From NCBI GenBank assembly GCA_965235115.1, contig OZ249446.1, positions 12,090,001 through 12,154,000 of the forward strand: a DNA stretch of 64,000 nt, read 5' to 3'. Position 1 is the first letter of the stretch; each line of letters starts with the position of its first letter. This document shows positions 23,022-37,206 of this stretch, piece by piece. The DNA comes from Laetmonice hystrix (Eukaryota). A model generated the notes under the pieces. That model worked only from the letters and a program-made list of their open reading frames with translations, made no database searches and was not told where the DNA came from. The translations under genes and the position numbers were made by a program.

Positions 23022-23308
23022 CAGGGCCGTGCGAATGATTCTTTTGAAGGGGGGGGGGGGGGTAAGGGCCTACACTTGGCCGGGGGAAGCCATGTGGGTC
23101 CGGAGGCATGCCAGAACATGTTGAAATTTTTATTTTAAAGTGTAATTTCTTGGCAGTTGGCGCATCTTAAAGCACAAAATAAAGTCTGAAATGGCATGTT
23201 AGAAGTAATAATTTTCAAGCCATGTACAGGCCTACTTGATTTTAGATGGGGTGGGGGTGGGGGTACGGACAAACACCCCGGACCCCCCCCCCCTTGCGCA
23301 CGGCCCTG
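23022..23308. mobile_element. MITE with 12-bp TIR CAGGGCCGTGCG (hAT-like)
   Basis: Perfect CAGGGCCGTGCG / CGCACGGCCCTG ends with internal poly-G and poly-C tracts; no intact 8-bp TSD. Confidence 0.6.
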
Positions 23309-26300
23309 TACGACCCTACTGCTTCTGGGGTCTCGGTATATAATCTCTGTAACGAGGCAACTTCCTGGACATTTATGTCGGGAATAGTAGCGTACACGGA
23401 TCGGTATCTCGGCTGTGAAAAGGAATTAAGGTGTAGGATTGGATGAATCCGTCCCGGGCGGTAAGCTAAATGCCCCCCCCCCCCCCTCACCCTCCCCATT
23501 TATGAATCCGACGTGTAGGTATACATAATATTATGCCTATAGCAAACATTTAAATCTCTCTTTTTAAAGGTAGTTCTTCCAGGGCAGGGAAAGGTCAAAA
23601 TAGGTCTTGGCAAATATGGAATCGTAAAACGGAAATGCAGTTTTTTCATACTTTTTGAGGGGGGGGGGCTGACAGGGGTCTAAAACAGTCCGTGGCCAAC
23701 TTATCCATCCAGGTTGTGCGCGGGTACTATCGTAAACCTTCACCAAGGGCATAAAACAAAACAACCCCTTGGTCGGCGTCACAACTCCGCCGTGAGATCT
23801 CAATCAAAAGGGAAATAAAGATTCCTTCGCAATGGTTTATGCTGACATTCACACTCTTGTTATAGCCATTCTGACACCAACCAGCCCGTAAACAACGCCC
23901 TCCACGACAGACCAGCAAATTCGACGTCGGGTTCTGCGTAGTAAGATACCAGATCCTCATGTACTGAGCTGTAAGGTAGGACCATCCTTGAGACTATATA
24001 ATATTCTCTTATAGTCAGCAGTTGAACTGATTAAATCAAGAATATTTTATTTCATAGAGGCCAATTATGTATAGTATCAATTTATCGACCTGTCACGATG
24101 CCATAACATATCACTCAATGTGCCTGACGAAATGATTTTTATTGACTGCTCTCCGTCGCCTAGATATGGAGAGAGTAGAGTTGTCACTCTTCATGCACGA
24201 AAAGTTTCCTCTTAGATTAGTGGGAAACTTCATACACTCTTTGACACTCTTCCCCACCCTCCGAGTCCCCTCTCAAGACAGAGCCCTGGATAGACAAAAT
24301 TGATAAGGGGGGGGGGGCAGTTTCTTTTAAAGAACGGACACTTTTTTTAAGAATAAGAGGGAACAACTACCCCCCGCCCCGTCCTCGCTCTCGCACCAGC
24401 CTTGCAGGGAGCCCATTCCAGTTTTTCCGACCGATCTGTGCCTGCTGGTTGCCTACTAAACCGACTCCGTGGCAATATTGGATGATATACGAGCGTTTGC
24501 AAGTGTCTTTAGCTGTTAAATACACTCGCCATTAGCGCTTTATTGCCCCGAGTTCAAGGTCACGTTAACCGGGTCACAGCGACGCGGATCGTCTCTAGTG
24601 TTACCGGAGGTGACCCCCACGCTCCCGAGGGGTACGATCGCCACCCCTCGCGCCAGCCACAGGGTACCGACCACAGGACAAGCAGTCAGGCAGAAAACTC
24701 TCCACAGAACACGCGTCTTTCATGATTAGACGGAAAGGCTTTTGATATCTACCTCTTGTCAAGGATATAGGTCAATGGTGCATTAAAAAAAATGCAAATG
24801 GGACACTTCCTACGTAATAAATCCGGGGTTAGATCTATAGTTTCCGCGTTAGGTTAACCATATATTGCGCAGGAATTCTCCGCTGAAGTGTTGTTTCTCT
24901 CAAAGCATGTGCCCTATCACCTCAGCCCGAAATGACATCTATTTCTGGCTCTCCGTTTTGCAATCACTGTTGAAATAAGAGACATGAGTACTTGAACTAC
25001 TAATTTTGGGTTATACATATACGTACATAAATGTCATCATGCTAAAAGAATATGAAATGTTGATACATTCCACCTCTTTCATCATTTCATTTTCCAAGAT
25101 TTCTGCTACACGTAGCTGGGTCGAACCGGTGTATGTCGACGAAAGCATCAGGTGCACCGTCCAATCTCAGTGTCCCCAAGGGAGGGTACATACCCCCTCC
25201 CCTCCCCCCGGTATATTCAGGAGGGTGGGAGGGTGTCATTTCCATCCTGGCTGGGCGGACCGTACACACCTCGGATCCTTTATATACGTGCCTGGCCATC
25301 AGCCGAGATCACTCTTATTCAATTGCTACGTACAGGCGAACGCCTTAGGAAAATTTCCCAGCCCCCAATTTGTCAACAGCTTGCATTCAGTGGTCGCTCC
25401 TTTTGGGTAGTGACGCTAGTGACTTTCTTTGTGTTAGGTTGGCGCTTGTGTTGGTACATGGGGCAAGCTTAACAAGTATGGCGCGATTCTCTTCAATAAG
25501 GAAAGAAAAAAAATGGAAGAAAAAGGAAAATGTGGAGATAAAAGAGGAGATAGGGAGGACGTCGCCGATTATAGTAGGATCGCCTTTCCCGAGTTGAACA
25601 AACCAAGGCGTTTAATGTAGCTGCCGCTTTTCACGTTGACCGAATTAAATCTTGGAGGCAAGTAGTTGATTTAATTCAAAGGCACTTAAATAACAAGCAT
25701 TTATAAGTAAATAGACCCGGTAGCCACAAAAGGTGGCATTCAAAAGCTGGCAGTGGGACTGGATCGAGGCATTGAGTAGTTGACGGATGGTTTGTATTCC
25801 TGTTGTATCTACCCTTGACGGGTCCCAGGCACGGCAGCAGCTGGAAGGCTTATATGTCATTCTTATATTAACTAATTATTTTTCTTTGCGGTCACCCCAA
25901 TGACAGACGAAAAAAGTGGGTGCAGGTTCGGATCACCAGAGAAATCATGCACCGGGTTTATCCAGTGTGACTTTTCCCCCCAATTAAAGTCTGTAAAAGG
26001 GGGGAATTCGAGATAAATTTATTATGGGCCTTGACATGCTGTCCGAAATGACAATTACAAATCTATCTGCACTCAGATTGACAGTGTGATGAATTTAAAC
26101 GATGGAGTTAGATCTGCATGTTTTATAAATCACAGAGACGTCATGGTAAGTATTGAGCATCCATGCGGAAATAATCCTTGTCACGTTATAGAGTAGCTGC
26201 TATGAAAATCAATACAAGTTTGCTTATATTGTCCTGTGCGTATACTAGAGATAAAAAGGTCTGTATAGAAAAACGTTCCGACAATTCCGTGGCCCCTGTG

Positions 26301-27189
26301 CTATAACTGTGTACCTGCCAAATGTGGATGAATCATGATGGCCTTTAGGGCAGGGTCTCCAATCTAGACCAAGTACCCTGTGGCCCGGGATTTTACAAGT
26401 TCTTAAAAGTCTACTGCCTGTAACGAGGTATAGGCAGGGGCTGGATTCAGAACGAGGCTAGAGGCTCCGGTTTCGCCCTCTCCACATGTCAGTGCTGTAC
26501 CTCTCATGTCTATGCCCCTGCTGAGGACAGACACATAATAAAAATGACAAAATATATTTTACTTCCACATTCATAGATCTGACCTTTCTTTGTGCTCGTT
26601 ATAACTCGAGTGACCCTTACCGTGGCCTCCTCTGCGCGCTGACGCCAAACAAGGGCGAAAATAGACGGCCGGCCATCTTGAGACCCAGCCTCGTTCGTGA
26701 CGGAGAATGGGTAAGGACGTTAGAGGAAACTTATATCGGTGTAAAATGCCAGTAAATTTCGAAAATCCACTAAAAATGGGGCTAGTCATGAAAGGTCGAA
26801 ACTTGGCCGAATTTTATTTCTTCTCAAAGGTATAAAGGTCAGGCTTATTTACACGAAGGTGTGTCATGGATGCGTGCTGTTCAGCATTGACTGAATAAAA
26901 ATGCGAGTGATGCCTGACTATTTGAACTATAGGGTTGTCATCATGATCGACTGACCATACACATAGAATTTGGTACTGGTTATTGACTGATACTACTGCT
27001 AACACGTGACCATATATAGGTTGGTGATTTACTTGTGTTTAGGTAAACTTTGTTCGGGTATGTTTACGTGTGGTCAGGTTTAGGACGTTTCGATCACACT
27101 ACAGATTAACCAGCGCCTAAAGGCTAAAGCCAGGGTCAGATTGAAGGTCATTTATGGGGGTTCTATACGGAGAGAATAGAGTCGTCACC

Positions 27190-27495
27190 ATGTTAGCAAG
27201 AACTGGCCAACGACAACATGATGTATTACCTAAATTTAAATGTAAGTCTTTCCAGCACTCCCTCATAATAGGAGGACCAAGATTCTATACTGACTTTATA
27301 AATAAGATTGACTTAAATTGTTCAATACATACCTATAAAGAAAAACTACAATTGCATTTAATAGATTATTTTTAAGATTTTGTGCACCTCCACCGGGAAA
27401 CTATAAGCACGCATGTTGCTTCAAGTTCCCACAGTTATATGTACAATTAAATATATGCATCTTCATTGATTAATAAAAAGATTGATTGATTGAAA
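27190..27495 (+). mobile_element. 5'-truncated LINE (CR1/L2-group) 3' end
   Basis: ORF end KFKCKSFQHSLIIGGPRFYTDFINKIDLNCSIHTYKEKLQLHLIDYF* resembles LINE ORF2 C-termini; followed by a short UTR, AATAAA and an (ATTG)n tail at ~27471-27493. Confidence 0.55.
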
Positions 27496-28448
27496 AATTT
27501 CATGGGCATTTTAACATAGAGAGAGAAAAGAAGGTCTGACTGGAATTATTCAACAGAGATCTAGGCCTCTATAAAAAAGAAATTGCACTTTGCAGCCCTC
27601 GTACTCAGCTGGCACTAAATTAGTGGCATCTAATCGGAGCTAGCGAATCGAGTCGACCTGGACGTGTCGCCATTCACTGTCATTTCAACGTCACGTTCCG
27701 CGTTCCGGCGTCCTTGACGCGATACGCTGCCACAAACCGGTGAGACGTTGATGTGTATGGTGCAGAGCCGTAGGCCTGCGTCTCTGTTCCATCTAACCAA
27801 CATCACGGGGAGTTAAGTACCGTTAGCCCGGAGGGAGGATAAAGAGAAAAGCATGAGGTACAATATTATAGAGCAAAAAACGACACCCCACCGTTTTTTG
27901 ACAGTTTTCTATTACACTACCCCATGGCAGGAACATGTCGTAAAAATGAAAGGGGTTTCCTATTAACACATATTTCTGATTCTGGCAGTCTTCTGCCTTG
28001 GGGCTTAACCACGTACGGAAGGTGAGCATGGGTCGTGAACCGTTATGATCCGTAGGCCTACTTCCCATCCCTGTAAAGCTTTGGCCAGCTATAATGTGAT
28101 CAATGCAATCTTAAATCAGCATAAGGGATGGATAATTTAAGACATTAAAAAGAAACAAGGAAGAAGAAGAAAGAAGTTGGATGACCACTTGTATAGCTGT
28201 TCCGTTATATACGGCGTCCAAATGACGACTTCCTCATGTATGCAGGTGATGGGGTGGGGGTGGGGGTGGGGGTGGGGTGGGGGTAAAGGGTAAATAGGCT
28301 TGACTTCCTCCAAGTTGCTCATGGTGTCACCGGTTCAGCGCTGTGGTGCCAAGAGAGGCGAGTGGCCAAGTTGGCGTCTCTCCAAGGGGCAACATGGCGT
28401 GTCCCTTCAATGACATCTCTCAGTATGGCACAGTGGGTCACCACCCGC

Positions 28449-28697
28449 NNNNNNNNNNNNNNNNNNNNNNNNNNNNNNNNNNNNNNNNNNNNNNNNNNNN
28501 NNNNNNNNNNNNNNNNNNNNNNNNNNNNNNNNNNNNNNNNNNNNNNNNNNNNNNNNNNNNNNNNNNNNNNNNNNNNNNNNNNNNNNNNNNNNNNNNNNNN
28601 NNNNNNNNNNNNNNNNNNNNNNNNNNNNNNNNNNNNNNNNNNNNNNNNNNNNNNNNNNNNNNNNNNNNNNNNNNNNNNNNNNNNNNNNNNNNNNNNN
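28449..28697. other. Assembly gap (N run)
   Basis: 249 N. Confidence 1.
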
Positions 28698-28931
28698 CTG
28701 TTGCCTGCTGAGCTCTATTCTAAAATACCAACTGTGTGAGTTTCTGGTTAAAGTTATCATGGTGACCACGAATATTAATCAAACATAATGGTTGACAACT
28801 TTAAGTCTGCGTGTGAGAAAAAAAGAAAGAAAGAAGAAGAAAAAAGAGTGCGGCCACTGAATTTTGCTAAGGTATGAGGTCATGTCTTTGAATTGGTTGT
28901 GTAATACATTACGGTCTGCAAGGGCCCTTAA

Positions 28932-29473
28932 AGGAAATATGTCACAGGGGGTATCGACCGGCATTTTCAGTTTTCTGCTTACCTGATCACCACTGACGTA
29001 CTTTATGGCACTGATTGTTTTTCATATTGATTCTGTTAACACATACTACGAGTAGACAGCTGTGAAATTCTCCCTAATGTAGAAAAATGAATAAAACTTG
29101 CTGCAGTGTCCGCAAAGTGCGACGAGTCCGCCACTTTGGCCCCCTTTGGCTGCCGCGAATCATTTGAATGGGTCCCATAATCACGTGACTGTCGCTGTGA
29201 TTACACGAGATTACACGACACAGGACTATAATGGCCCATCCGCCGATCGTGTGAAAAGGGTGCAAAACACAGCCGGCTGCAAATCCCAGGGTCTCGGAAT
29301 CTAAGTGTGTCATTTTCAGTGACCGTATTAAGAATTGGCGATTTTTTTTTACAAAATACCGGCCAAAGTTACATAAACAGGTAGGGGATCTTTGGGGCAT
29401 ATCGCAGAACCGCAATGCAGACATATTTTTGCTGAAACACGACGTATTATTTGAAATTTGTGACATATTACCT
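28932..29473. mobile_element. Kolobok-type non-autonomous DNA transposon (542 bp)
   Basis: TTAA|AGGAAATATGTCACA ... TGTGACATATTACCT|TTAA (14/15 TIR match). Confidence 0.8.
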
Positions 29474-32168
29474 TTAATGGGTCGAGTTTTGGATCGGTTG
29501 ATTGATATTCATTGGTATTGACTACGTCCGTTTAAAGTTCGAGGTAAACATTATGTTTGAGGACTCTCTTTGTTAATCTTAATAGTCAAAGGGAAGTTGT
29601 ACTATTCTCTCGTAATTCTAGAAATGAAAAAGAAATTACACAGAGCACGGTGTGTACAGTAACATTTTCTTTATTGTGGTAATCGAAACGGGGTACATCT
29701 GAACTGTGGACAACACGCTGGTGTGGAGTTGTATTTTATACTCGGACATTTGGCACTCCGTTATAATGGACATTGTAATGTAACAAGCCACGATTTGCAC
29801 GGGAGACATGGGTGCCTATCAATCCCTCTAAAAGGAGCGAATTCGAGGGACGTGTCCATTTGGCATATTGTCTGAATTTATCAAGAAACGCATGCCGGGA
29901 GTTGGACGGCGTATTTGCACACCAATTTAAAGTGCACTGTCATATGGCCGTTGTAATCTCTCCTCCAAATAGTAATTGTAAAATGTATTTTTCTGTTTTT
30001 GGGGAAAAACTATTTTAAAAGGTTTACATAATATCACACGCTGCAATACAAAATTGTTCCCGACACGTATTTCCGGTGAATCAAAAAATATCACATTGCA
30101 ACAACGATTGTATATACACATAATACCTAGATACACATAATACCTAGATACACATAATACCTAGATACATAAGGACTTAATCTCTTTTAAATATATTTGA
30201 TGTACGTAGATGACCTGTGAGTGCGCTCCGTACCTACCTAGAGGGTTATAATAGATTATATTCTTTATCGTCTAGAATATCTCTACTACTACCTGTGTGT
30301 CATAACAAACATTTCCTGGACGAATAAATAGGAGTTTTGTATGTACAATATGCAAATATGTACAAATTATACATCATCTTTGACAACTCAGTGTACGTGA
30401 TAGAAGTTTAGGCGTAGCATTAACATAAACCAAATATTATTTTGAATCACAAAGTTTAGCAACTAGAATGTACGTCATACAGCCGACTAGCAATAATTTA
30501 TCAACGCGTCATAATTGGATTAAATGCACAGTACGTTCACATTGCTAGGTGCCTCATATTATCAGCAGAAGCCATAGAACAACCTCCGACATCGTATTCA
30601 TCATTTGTTTGCTCAAAAACAACCTAAATGTTCTTAAAGCAATGACTACTTCATTGCTTAAGAGAGAAAAGACTTCTGTTGGTTTATGAATCAATGAACC
30701 TTTTTTGCGAAAAGCTGTAACTTCTCTTTGAACACGGCGTCTACAGATACGTATTTACATGGTATGGCAGAACTAATCTCAATGTCATGACCTATATTAC
30801 TTGGCCATATTCGGCAGAGTTCAAGTGAGGACTATTGCATTTGTCTGCATTACTATACAGGCTGCCCTAAACGACCAAAACCTGTTAACCTGATAATCAT
30901 CTACAAAACTAATCTCAGAGATATAATACACCATCTTGGTCTCGGCATACCGTTCCTGCCAGAAAAAAAAGCTGCTTGAGATATAAATGCTGACGACCAT
31001 TTACTGCCAATTGTGTAAGGCAGCTCGTCGTAAAAGAAGCATTTTCAATCTTCATACTGTACATGAGACTTGCATTCTGTCTTTAACCCCATCTTCATCC
31101 ATACTCGTTTCTCTGTTAGGCAGATTCAGGACTGAGAAAGAAATATCCCAGGGCAGATTCGGTTATAGTACGGAGCGTTCCTTATAGCGTTTGTGGTGTT
31201 TTATCCTATCCTTCTATCAAAATTGTACTCCCTGAGATTTTTTAAAAAGGAAACGTTATTATTTACGTTTACAAAGGTTACCTTGCCTAGCCCCGGCAGT
31301 TGCTCGTGTTGGCCTGGTAGATCAACACTTAGGTTCTCGCTTAAATTTACAATACACGCTTCTGATTGGCTGGTCTCTAAGCAGACCTAATACTTCTGAT
31401 TGGCTGGTCTGAGCAGAGCAGCCAATCAGAAGTATTAGGCTTAATCTTAGGCAAGAGCTAACCTTTTAAGGGCTGTTAAAACACGGTGAGGAAGGGTAAA
31501 TTTGAAGGAGGGAAACCTCAAACCATTTTCCCCTATAATCTGTGCCACAACTACTGGAGCCTGATACCGTACAACTACCATGCTCTGTGTGACATTGTCC
31601 TGCCGAGTCATGGTACCGCACGACTGATAATAGCATAGCTCTCCCCGCCCAGACATCCTCTGAAATACCGACTAAAATAAATACTCTCCAAACCTCATAA
31701 TAGGGCCTGTTGGATGGACGGATCTTGATGTTAGGAAGGCTAAGCACGCTGGAATAAACACGCACAGACCAGCGCGTGTTGCCTCCGCGTCACGACGCTC
31801 AAAGGTTGGTCAGGCTTTGAGAAACTCTTTTTGACGTATAAGATGTCTAGTATTTAAGCCATTGGTTGTTATACACTGACCAAGTCACGAATATCGTTCT
31901 TGGTTAAGTAGTCATCTATGCGCACAGAAACATCCGTAGCTGCAAATCCAGTCCTTTCAGTCCTGCCTGTCACACATGTAGGCCTATGTATGGCGAAGCG
32001 AACTTTTCCTGGCTCCGTTGTCACGTCACCAACGCAGAAGTCACCGTGTGGGCGCGCGTGATTCTCGTAGCTCCGAGACTTACGGCGTTATGGGCCAGAG
32101 CAGAGATGGTGGTCGTAGTTCTGGCCTCCAGACCTCTAGATATTTGCGCCATGAAACTGCTGGCGGAT

Positions 32169-32438
32169 CTAGACTTTGTACAAGATGAACAGTTCGTCCG
32201 TCCGGTGGCCTTCTATGGACGCTGCCCTACAGTAGAAGTCGTTGGGACCGTAGTCCAGGACGTTGTAGATGGCCTTGTCAAGGTGTAATAACTTGCTTGA
32301 CTTGCGGAAGCTTCGCATCCGTTGTTTTCGGGACCGGTGTCTGATATTCTGGCTCGGGTGATCGCTTGTTGCTCTGATTGTCACACCATAGGACGCTGAA
32401 CTCAGAGGCATGACTGTTCGTTTGTCACGTAACCGTCG
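32169..32438 (-). CDS. Ig-domain gene, terminal coding exon
   Basis: 89 codons plus TAG after a strong polypyrimidine acceptor; contains the F-strand-like DFYCRA motif. Confidence 0.75.
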   Translation of the reverse strand, partial: RRLRDKRTVMPLSSASYGVTIRATSDHPSQNIRHRSRKQRMRSFRKSSKLLHLDKAIYNVLDYGPNDFYCRAASIEGHRTDELFILYKV

Positions 32439-35400
32439 CTGAAAATGGGGGAAAATAGAAGATATTTAATTTTAAAACATATTACAAATATTCCTAGAAG
32501 TAATCCATTCAGGTCCATAATGGAATGTGGAATGGAATGAGGGAACATAGACCTAGCATAGGTGCATTCATAAGTACCGCAAACTGTTTTGTGTCAGTAA
32601 AATTCACCCTGTGCTTGTTTTAGGGTTGTTATAACATGAAGTGATGAAATAATTATACAAAGTCGGACCTGGCTTTACAATGAAGTATAAGGCGATGTCT
32701 GGTATACGTCAGCCTTGCCATTTACCCCTCTCTGTTCTGGGAGTAAGCACCCCTGACCACATGTTTAGAGTCCATTGTTACAAGTACCAGTTTCATCGTC
32801 TGTCGTTTACATTTCTGCCTATTCCTACCGGCGATAAAACGAATAGAATACACAAAGACGTCTCGCACGACGGGGACACCCTTGAGGTAAAACTCTGTAA
32901 CCTCGGGTGCGGTCACTTGGCTGTTTTCATGTCATTCTCCTCATAGCTGTAGGGAACAGATTTTGTTGGGGGGCAAGAAGTTGTTGCCCTAAAAATCGAC
33001 GACCGATTTGCTAGCATCATAAAATCGGGCAAATTTCACCCGATCTTTTCGCCAATAGGCTACTGGCCGATTTTTCCCCGACGGATTGCCAAAAAAAACC
33101 TCAATTTAGGGGTGCATACCCCCCCCCCCCGACCCCCGCCTTCTACGGCTATGATTCTCCTCTATACTTTATTAAGGAGATCAATCTTTCCTAAAAAGAC
33201 ATTCCGTCACGTACCAAGAGCCGATATAGAATTCCGAGTTAGCAGGTAGGAGTCCCGGCGCCGGATGTACCAGCCATCCCTTCCTGTTGTATTGATATGC
33301 ATCACAGCAAACATCTGTACGTCAGGGCAGGCCTCGAATACATAATGCCAGAGAGGAAATCGGCCGAGCCGGGTTTCTACCCCTGATTGGCATGTATCAT
33401 CCGCGGTCGGCTTATAATATTTGACGTATAAAAACGAAATAGACGACGCTACGTCCGGACGAGCACGTCCGACGTCCAGTGTTGGAACGTCCTGTCTTTG
33501 TACGCGCAGGTACCCTGATCCCAGCGATTACTGTCCTTCAAAAACTCGATCCGATTGCCGTGTTTGACATTAATCGGGGGGTCCTCCCCCTCCTCCCACG
33601 CAGCCGGCCCTGTGTGTACACTACGACCACATTAATGACTACTTGAGCCTGAGGTACACTCCACTTGTTTTGGTATCCCTGGCACAACGGATCCACCTCA
33701 AATATTTGACCAGAAGACAGAAGAGACATTGAGTAAAAGAAACCGCGGGATGTCGTCAGGAATTTAATGTTACGTTTCCTATCCATTCGTCGCACCAACA
33801 ATCATAATATTTTGATACCAAAAGGCGCACTTTTTGCCCACCACTTATACTTCCCGGCTGAGAAGAAGTGGTGGTCGTTTTTCTGTGTGTAGAACTCTCG
33901 GTAGCCACCCCCGTATGGCCTTTCACATGACATGGTTCGAACAATGCCTTACAGGAAGCCAGATTACTGTCGACAATAAGCACCCTATACCCTACTAAAG
34001 AGCGGAGGTGGTTATTGTATACACACGTTTTAGCGCATCACTCGTTACATAGAGAGAACTTAAGTTCTTTTGTCACTAATAAATGGGTGGGATACAATCT
34101 TGTCGAAGGTGTCTGTTGGGCAGGCCCAAATACGCCTACATCTCTCGTGTTTGAATACTTGAATCTCATGTATCACCCAGCAGAAGGTCATAAAACTCCA
34201 CATGAGGTCTCTGCACAGATATACACAGAGATTCGTACAGATGATATAGTAGGCCTATATGAGGCGAAATATACATAACATATGCCTATAGGCTTCATAA
34301 ACTTAACCCACCACGTGTATAAATATAAATAGGAAAACTGGTGTAATCATCAGCCCTCGTCTATCAATGTTTTTCTATATCAGTCGGGGGGGACCTTATA
34401 GCCAAATGTCGTTACAGATTGGATTAAAGCACCAACAGGGTGGGGAAGTCTAATACTGCGGCATGAGTGAGTCCGCACAGACACAAGGAAGGAGCCTTTC
34501 CCGGCCCTGGTTGAGAGCCATACAAAGTCATTTCCTCCTTGCTGAGTGTACACATGGGGGTGGGGATAGGGCTACATGATTCAGTCCCTCTACGTCAAAC
34601 ATTTGTAGCAGTCAGAAAAACGATAATTCATGAGATATTCCGCTCTAATTTCAACATCTCGATCACATTCTCCAACACTTCGAGTCTCAATTATCTTTGG
34701 AATTATCTACGCCTTATGAAAACACAAACTATCTTAGGAAAATAGCATGAGGGGTTGTATTTTATATTGACAAACTCCCATCCAAGGGAGATTTATCCAC
34801 CTTGAAAGTAGGTTGTAAGTGGCCCCGTTTTACAATAAGTCGAGGGTTTGGTTCGTGCCCCTTAATTTACGGGCAAACTGAGGGGTCATGCCGGGTTAGC
34901 CGTGCTCCTCCTAGACCTTCTCCTCTTGTACATTCAATATTGTGTCTATTGACAGGTCCTTTCCACCTGAGATCTCGTTTTACAAGAGCCCATTGCTTGG
35001 ATTTAATGGACACCTGTCAATATGAAGGAGAGGTGAGGGCAAACAGACAGGTCTAACATAATGTCGGACAGGTAAAGCTATCTGACGAACTCATACAGCC
35101 GCAAGACGTACTCCTTGCCGTCTACTACAAAAGACAAATGGGAGAAATGCCTCCCAGTGTTATCCAGGTGTGGTAGTTTGGCTGAACATGAAGGTTAAGT
35201 TAAGGTCATCATCAAAGGTCCTTGCGATGGTTACAATTGATTCAGTGAATAGTTTGTTCCCGATTTCTCAGCCATATGAGTTCGTTGTTTCTTTCGACTT
35301 CCCACGAACACAAATTATGCTCGATTGTTCCGAAAATATATATTACAGATCGTCACATGTAAAAGAAAAAGGCTGCAAGGCATAGCCATGGGATTAAAGT

Positions 35401-37152
35401 AAAGTTTTTAAGGATAACACCAACCTCTTATAGTTTATAATCTCAAAAAGGCATTGAGATATCCTAAATGGTGTAGGTTTTAATTTTTTGATACTAGCAT
35501 TGTGGATCAGAGGATCAGATCTTAATATAACTTAACATTGCCCATCAGGGGATCAGGGATCATGAAGTTCAGCTCGGACGATTCTTCTGTGGTTTATCAG
35601 GAGCTAAGTTTGCACCTCAAGCGATGCAAACAGTTTCCTGGGAGAAAGAGAGAGAAAGAGAAAGAAAGAGAGAGGGGGTGGGAGAGAGGGGCGAGAGAAA
35701 GAGAGAGGGAGGGGTAGAAGGAGAGAAGAGGAGGAGAGAGAGAGGCGAGAGAAGGAGAGGAGAGAGAGGGTCATGACCCATGCACTGGCCGGCTGAAGTT
35801 CACACCCCACAACTCCCCCAATCTCTCCCTCTTCATGACATCTCATGGAACGCTGCTTCGCAAGGTGTTACGTCATGTGTAACAACATGAGGCACCTTTC
35901 AATGTACTCGGCCGTAGCCCTGGCTGTATACACTGGAGAGAGTGGGTCGTCCTAGTTAGGAAAAGATTATAACAGAAAGGACAATTGTACTTTTTTCAGC
36001 GATTGATTGTAAGGATGAGGATTACTTGTCTTAGAGCGAGGGTAGCAAGGAAACGTTCCCAATAACTAAAATATATCAAATAAAATAACAACAAAGACAC
36101 CATGAAACAGGTTTTTGTTGGAGATGCGCACTTTTAAATTTTCTTGTGGGGCCTGTTGGCACCTCTGCTTTTAATAACTCCTGCCCCTCTTTCAAAAATG
36201 TTGTCTTGGTGCATGGAACTGATTTTGTAAAGAAACCAATGAATGTCAGTCCCATGATTAGTGAATCTACTACCAGCTGTATAACACGTACCAGAGGTGG
36301 CCTTGAAGTGACAAAGGCTATCTCAAGTGGTTGGGAAGGGGTTGTTGTGGTTTGCAGTCAGAAAGGGCGGCTGCAGCCATTTTCGTACCAATCCGTGCGT
36401 ATCGTTGTCGATTAAACGGTGGTTCTTTGCTTGGATACTTGCGTGGGTTGTACAAGCCGCGCCCAATGCGACCGCATTTTGACGTGATAAAATCAGGAAC
36501 CAGCCCATGTGCCAAGGTCACGGTTAGCCGAAGCTTCTCTCTTGTCAATCATACACATAGATTTGCGCAGTATCTGTGGTGATATTTCACGCTATGGCAT
36601 AACTATTTTTATCCTGAAAACTATTATCCGCAGCATGGAGTTTCATGTATGCCTGTTGAGAACTGGAGAGGATGATTTACGGGTACCAAGATATGTAATA
36701 ATTATGAAGCCTAGATATTGGAATTTGTTACCGTGTGCTACCGCCTGATCTGGGTTATGCTATAGAAGACATGAGTTTCATAAAATGACAGGTCCTTTGA
36801 TAGAAGTAGCAGGGTGCGTTTCACACTACTGCTGCTAAGTTAATCTAACTCGTACTATCTTTCCCTCATACTGTCGTTCGGAAAGCAACGTTAATTTACC
36901 TAATTATGAGACTTGTTATGAGACTTATGAGACTTATATACTTGTTTATGTGGCATCACTGGTATGAGGTGTGAAGGAGCCTGCCGTGGGGTGTCAGAAA
37001 CCAAGAGAAAAACTCATTTCCTAATGTCAAGTTGAGCTGACATATACGTTCATTGTTTTCATCTGATGTATTCGTTAAAGGATTGAAGAGGGATGTTATC
37101 TCTCGAGGGTCGGTTACCATTGACTTATATAAATGTGTGATAAAGTTTGGCT

Positions 37153-37206
<54 letters not shown>

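Noticed and set aside
33481-33980. GC-richer segment suggestive of a decayed ORF
   Set aside because: Stops in all frames and no family-defining motif recognised
36146-36582. Cluster of overlapping 60-90 aa ORFs in the Ig-gene intron
   Set aside because: No splice-compatible frame or recognisable domain
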